From NCBI GenBank assembly GCA_964527735.1, contig CAZGPG010000013.1:28189-92188 (forward strand): DNA of 64,000 nucleotides, in the 5' to 3' direction. Of the stretch, positions 62,201-64,000 are shown in pieces. The position numbers and the translations under genes are program-made. The notes below the pieces were generated by a model. That model had not been told where the DNA came from. It saw nothing but the letters and a program-made list of their open reading frames with translations, and ran no database searches. This DNA comes from an uncultured Chitinophagaceae bacterium. GTDB lineage: Bacteria; Bacteroidota; Bacteroidia; Chitinophagales; Chitinophagaceae. Numbering within the stretch: the stretch's first letter is position 1; each line of letters starts with the position of its first letter.

Positions 62201-62335
62201 TGCCAATACGGCACTTCGTGCTTTGTTGCGCGCCTTTTTCTCTACACTCTGTACTACAAACGTGAATGAAAGCTGATACAGCGAAATAAGAATAAGTGCT
62301 GTGGTAAGTAGCTTAACCAACCCTTTTAATTGCAT
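59228..62335 (-). CDS. secDF: protein translocase subunit SecDF (fused SecD-SecF)
   Basis: 1035 aa. It has an N-terminal TM helix, a large periplasmic domain, then two six-TM bundles (..GLDLQGGM.., ..AGLVLTIGMAVDTNVLIFERI.., ..IGFSLNDTIIVFDRMRE..). Confidence 0.95.
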   Translation of the reverse strand: MQLKGLVKLLTTALILISLYQLSFTFVVQSVEKKARNKARSAVLAENPGANAADLNELIESRYEAITDSLLGETVYNLLFTKFTFQEAKEQEMNLGLDLQGGMNVTLEVSLDDLIRSMSNNPKDIRLNKAIEEANRRKVNSQADFVTLFGQSFIQLYPNEKIAYLFTKPSEKDITLTSTNEQVISKIRGEASGAIKRTYNVLQTRIDKFGVAQPNVTLDEGRGIITVELAGVRNPERVREYLQSTAKLQFFETYTNEEIIQFLQPANDALAAYLAGEETGTTDSAKADQPATASVTDISENTSDTASLSNLLARGADTGADTEGTSGQAAEELKKIPLLSVWNPNITQQGQVVPGPVVGLVAKKDTAAFNRYINLDVVRSKFPHNVKFVFGAESRSEKRNANAPLVLYAIKLAPGGGAPLEGDRVTEARMDFNPLSGEPEVSLEMDMAGAQIWRKMTAKNKGRYVAVTLDDKVYSCPIVNDEIAGGRTSISGRFTTEDATQLADILKSGKLPAPARIVQEQVVGPTLGAENIAAGMNSLIISFVVIFVLMLVYFNTGGMVANIALLLNVLFTIGILASLHATLTMASIAGLVLTIGMAVDTNVLIFERIKEELALGKTHAQAVADGYKRSYAPVLDSHITSLITASILFIYGLGPIKGFATTHFIGLVLSMFCGIMVSRLITDTYMKRGKHFNYFTNLSKTVFQKAHFKFIENRKYAYIGSVIVLILGIGSFINGFDYGVEFSGGRSYTIKFDEKYTVSEVREKLKPFLGDESPVVKTIGADNHLIVTTGHMIEMGGTGADSIVLHKIYEGLKAGNLLGASITESTFNTQYLQKTEKVMPTISDDLKAGAFKASIISIVAIFLYILLRFRKWQYSLGAIISVLHDVLLVLAVFSFLKHVVPFSLEIDQHFIAAILTVIGFSLNDTIIVFDRMREYFRKSKDKTENKKQVINRAINDTLSRTIMTSATVFLTVLILFIFGGEVTRGFAFAMMIGVIVATYSSIFVAAPILVDMDKKDRLQQEEDREERIAALKKQA

Positions 62336-62378
62336 AGGTTTCGTAATTATCTATGATAATGTTAAAAAAAATAGTGGG

Positions 62379-62386
62379 CAAAGATA
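62379..62386 (-). promoter_or_regulatory. candidate -7 box (TATCTTTG) for secDF
   Basis: On the minus strand, 43 nt upstream of ATG 62335. Confidence 0.4.
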
Positions 62387-62597
62387 GCATTTAATATAAA
62401 AAATAGAAGGTTTACAGGAAAGAATAATATACATTTGAGGCTGGCATTTGAATGTCGATATTATTTAATGCGACAACAAGGTGTTTTTCTGCCTGGCACT
62501 GACAAAATGAAGCAGGGTTTATGCAAAATTGACGGCAGTTTCCCTTACTTCTTTTTTATCCGGCTAAGTTTCTGCAAAATTGACGGACATTTGCCGC

Positions 62598-62612
62598 TGG
62601 CATAAAACATGC
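62598..62612 (+). promoter_or_regulatory. sigma-54-like -24/-12 element (TGGCAT-N5-ATGC) upstream of groES
   Basis: tggcataaaacatgc keeps the GG-N10-GC spacing of the RpoN consensus TGGCAC-N5-TTGC. It lies about 80 nt upstream of ATG 62693. Confidence 0.3.
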
Positions 62613-62692
62613 TATCAGTTTTAACGTTCGATTCTTCTATAGAACAATCAACCAACAATCATCTTTTAAACTTTTAAAAAATAGAAACAACT

Positions 62693-62974
62693 ATGGCTAA
62701 CAAAGTAAGCATTACGCCGCTCCACGACCGGGTAATTGTGCAACCCGCTGCGGCAGAGGAAAAAACAGCCGGCGGAATCATTATCCCCGATACAGCAAAA
62801 GAAAAACCGCAGCGTGGCACTGTAATCGCTGCCGGTCCCGGCAAAAAAGATGAACCAGTTACTGTAAAAGCCGGAGATACAGTGCTGTATGGCAAATATG
62901 CCGGTACGGAGATTTCTCTTGAAGGAACTGACTACCTGATCATGCGCGAAAGCGATATCCTCGCAATCGTTTAA
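62693..62974 (+). CDS. groES: co-chaperonin GroES
   Basis: 93 aa: ..[44 protein letters not shown].. Confidence 0.97.
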   Translation: MANKVSITPLHDRVIVQPAAAEEKTAGGIIIPDTAKEKPQRGTVIAAGPGKKDEPVTVKAGDTVLYGKYAGTEISLEGTDYLIMRESDILAIV

Positions 62975-62983
62975 ATTAGCTAA

Positions 62984-64000
<1,017 letters not shown>

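Noticed and set aside
62336-62692. CIRCE/HrcA operator upstream of groES
   Set aside because: There is no sequence resembling TTAGCACTC-N9-GAGTGCTAA in the spacer.

Overview
This 64-kb window looks like a chromosomal segment of a Bacteroidota genome, probably a Chitinophagaceae- or Sphingobacteriia-like lineage. That placement is an inference from content: T9SS type A and type B C-terminal sorting domains, gldC, a fused secDF, TAnnTTTG -7 promoter boxes and no obvious Shine-Dalgarno sites. I call about 57 protein-coding genes, mostly housekeeping: gcvT (5' end only), folP, mrp/apbC, a thiolase, uvrC, lpxD, dprA, hflX, dxr, rseP, rfbC, gldC, ybeY, secDF and groES-groEL (cut at the right edge). 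There is one tRNA-Phe(GAA), and no rRNA, CRISPR array, transposase or integrase. Four things stand out. (1) A small accessory islet at about 28.4-31.0 kb lies between lpxD and dprA. It holds a CI-type HTH gene diverging from a two-gene operon: an unknown protein with an internal domain duplication, and a degenerate-nucleotidyltransferase/HEPN fusion. A 303-bp MITE-like element and two truncated gene remnants (26.3-27.3 kb) sit next to it. This is my best candidate for an undescribed toxin-antitoxin or defence-like module. (2) Two paralogous T9SS cargo cassettes (2.1-6.9 kb and 36.8-43.0 kb) each pair an SBBP beta-propeller protein carrying a type A CTD with a large protein carrying a type B CTD. 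Neither has an adjacent porP/sprF-like gene. (3) An ECF sigma factor is paired with a protein that has a TM anchor, a ~330-aa disordered linker and a C-terminal outer-membrane beta-barrel. (4) Several families of intergenic hairpin repeats occur, built from tandem 8-9-nt oligomers or from perfect palindromes. All functional names come from motif recognition by eye, because no database search was possible. Many long ORFs in the track are antisense shadows or N-terminal over-extensions, and I have trimmed or rejected them.
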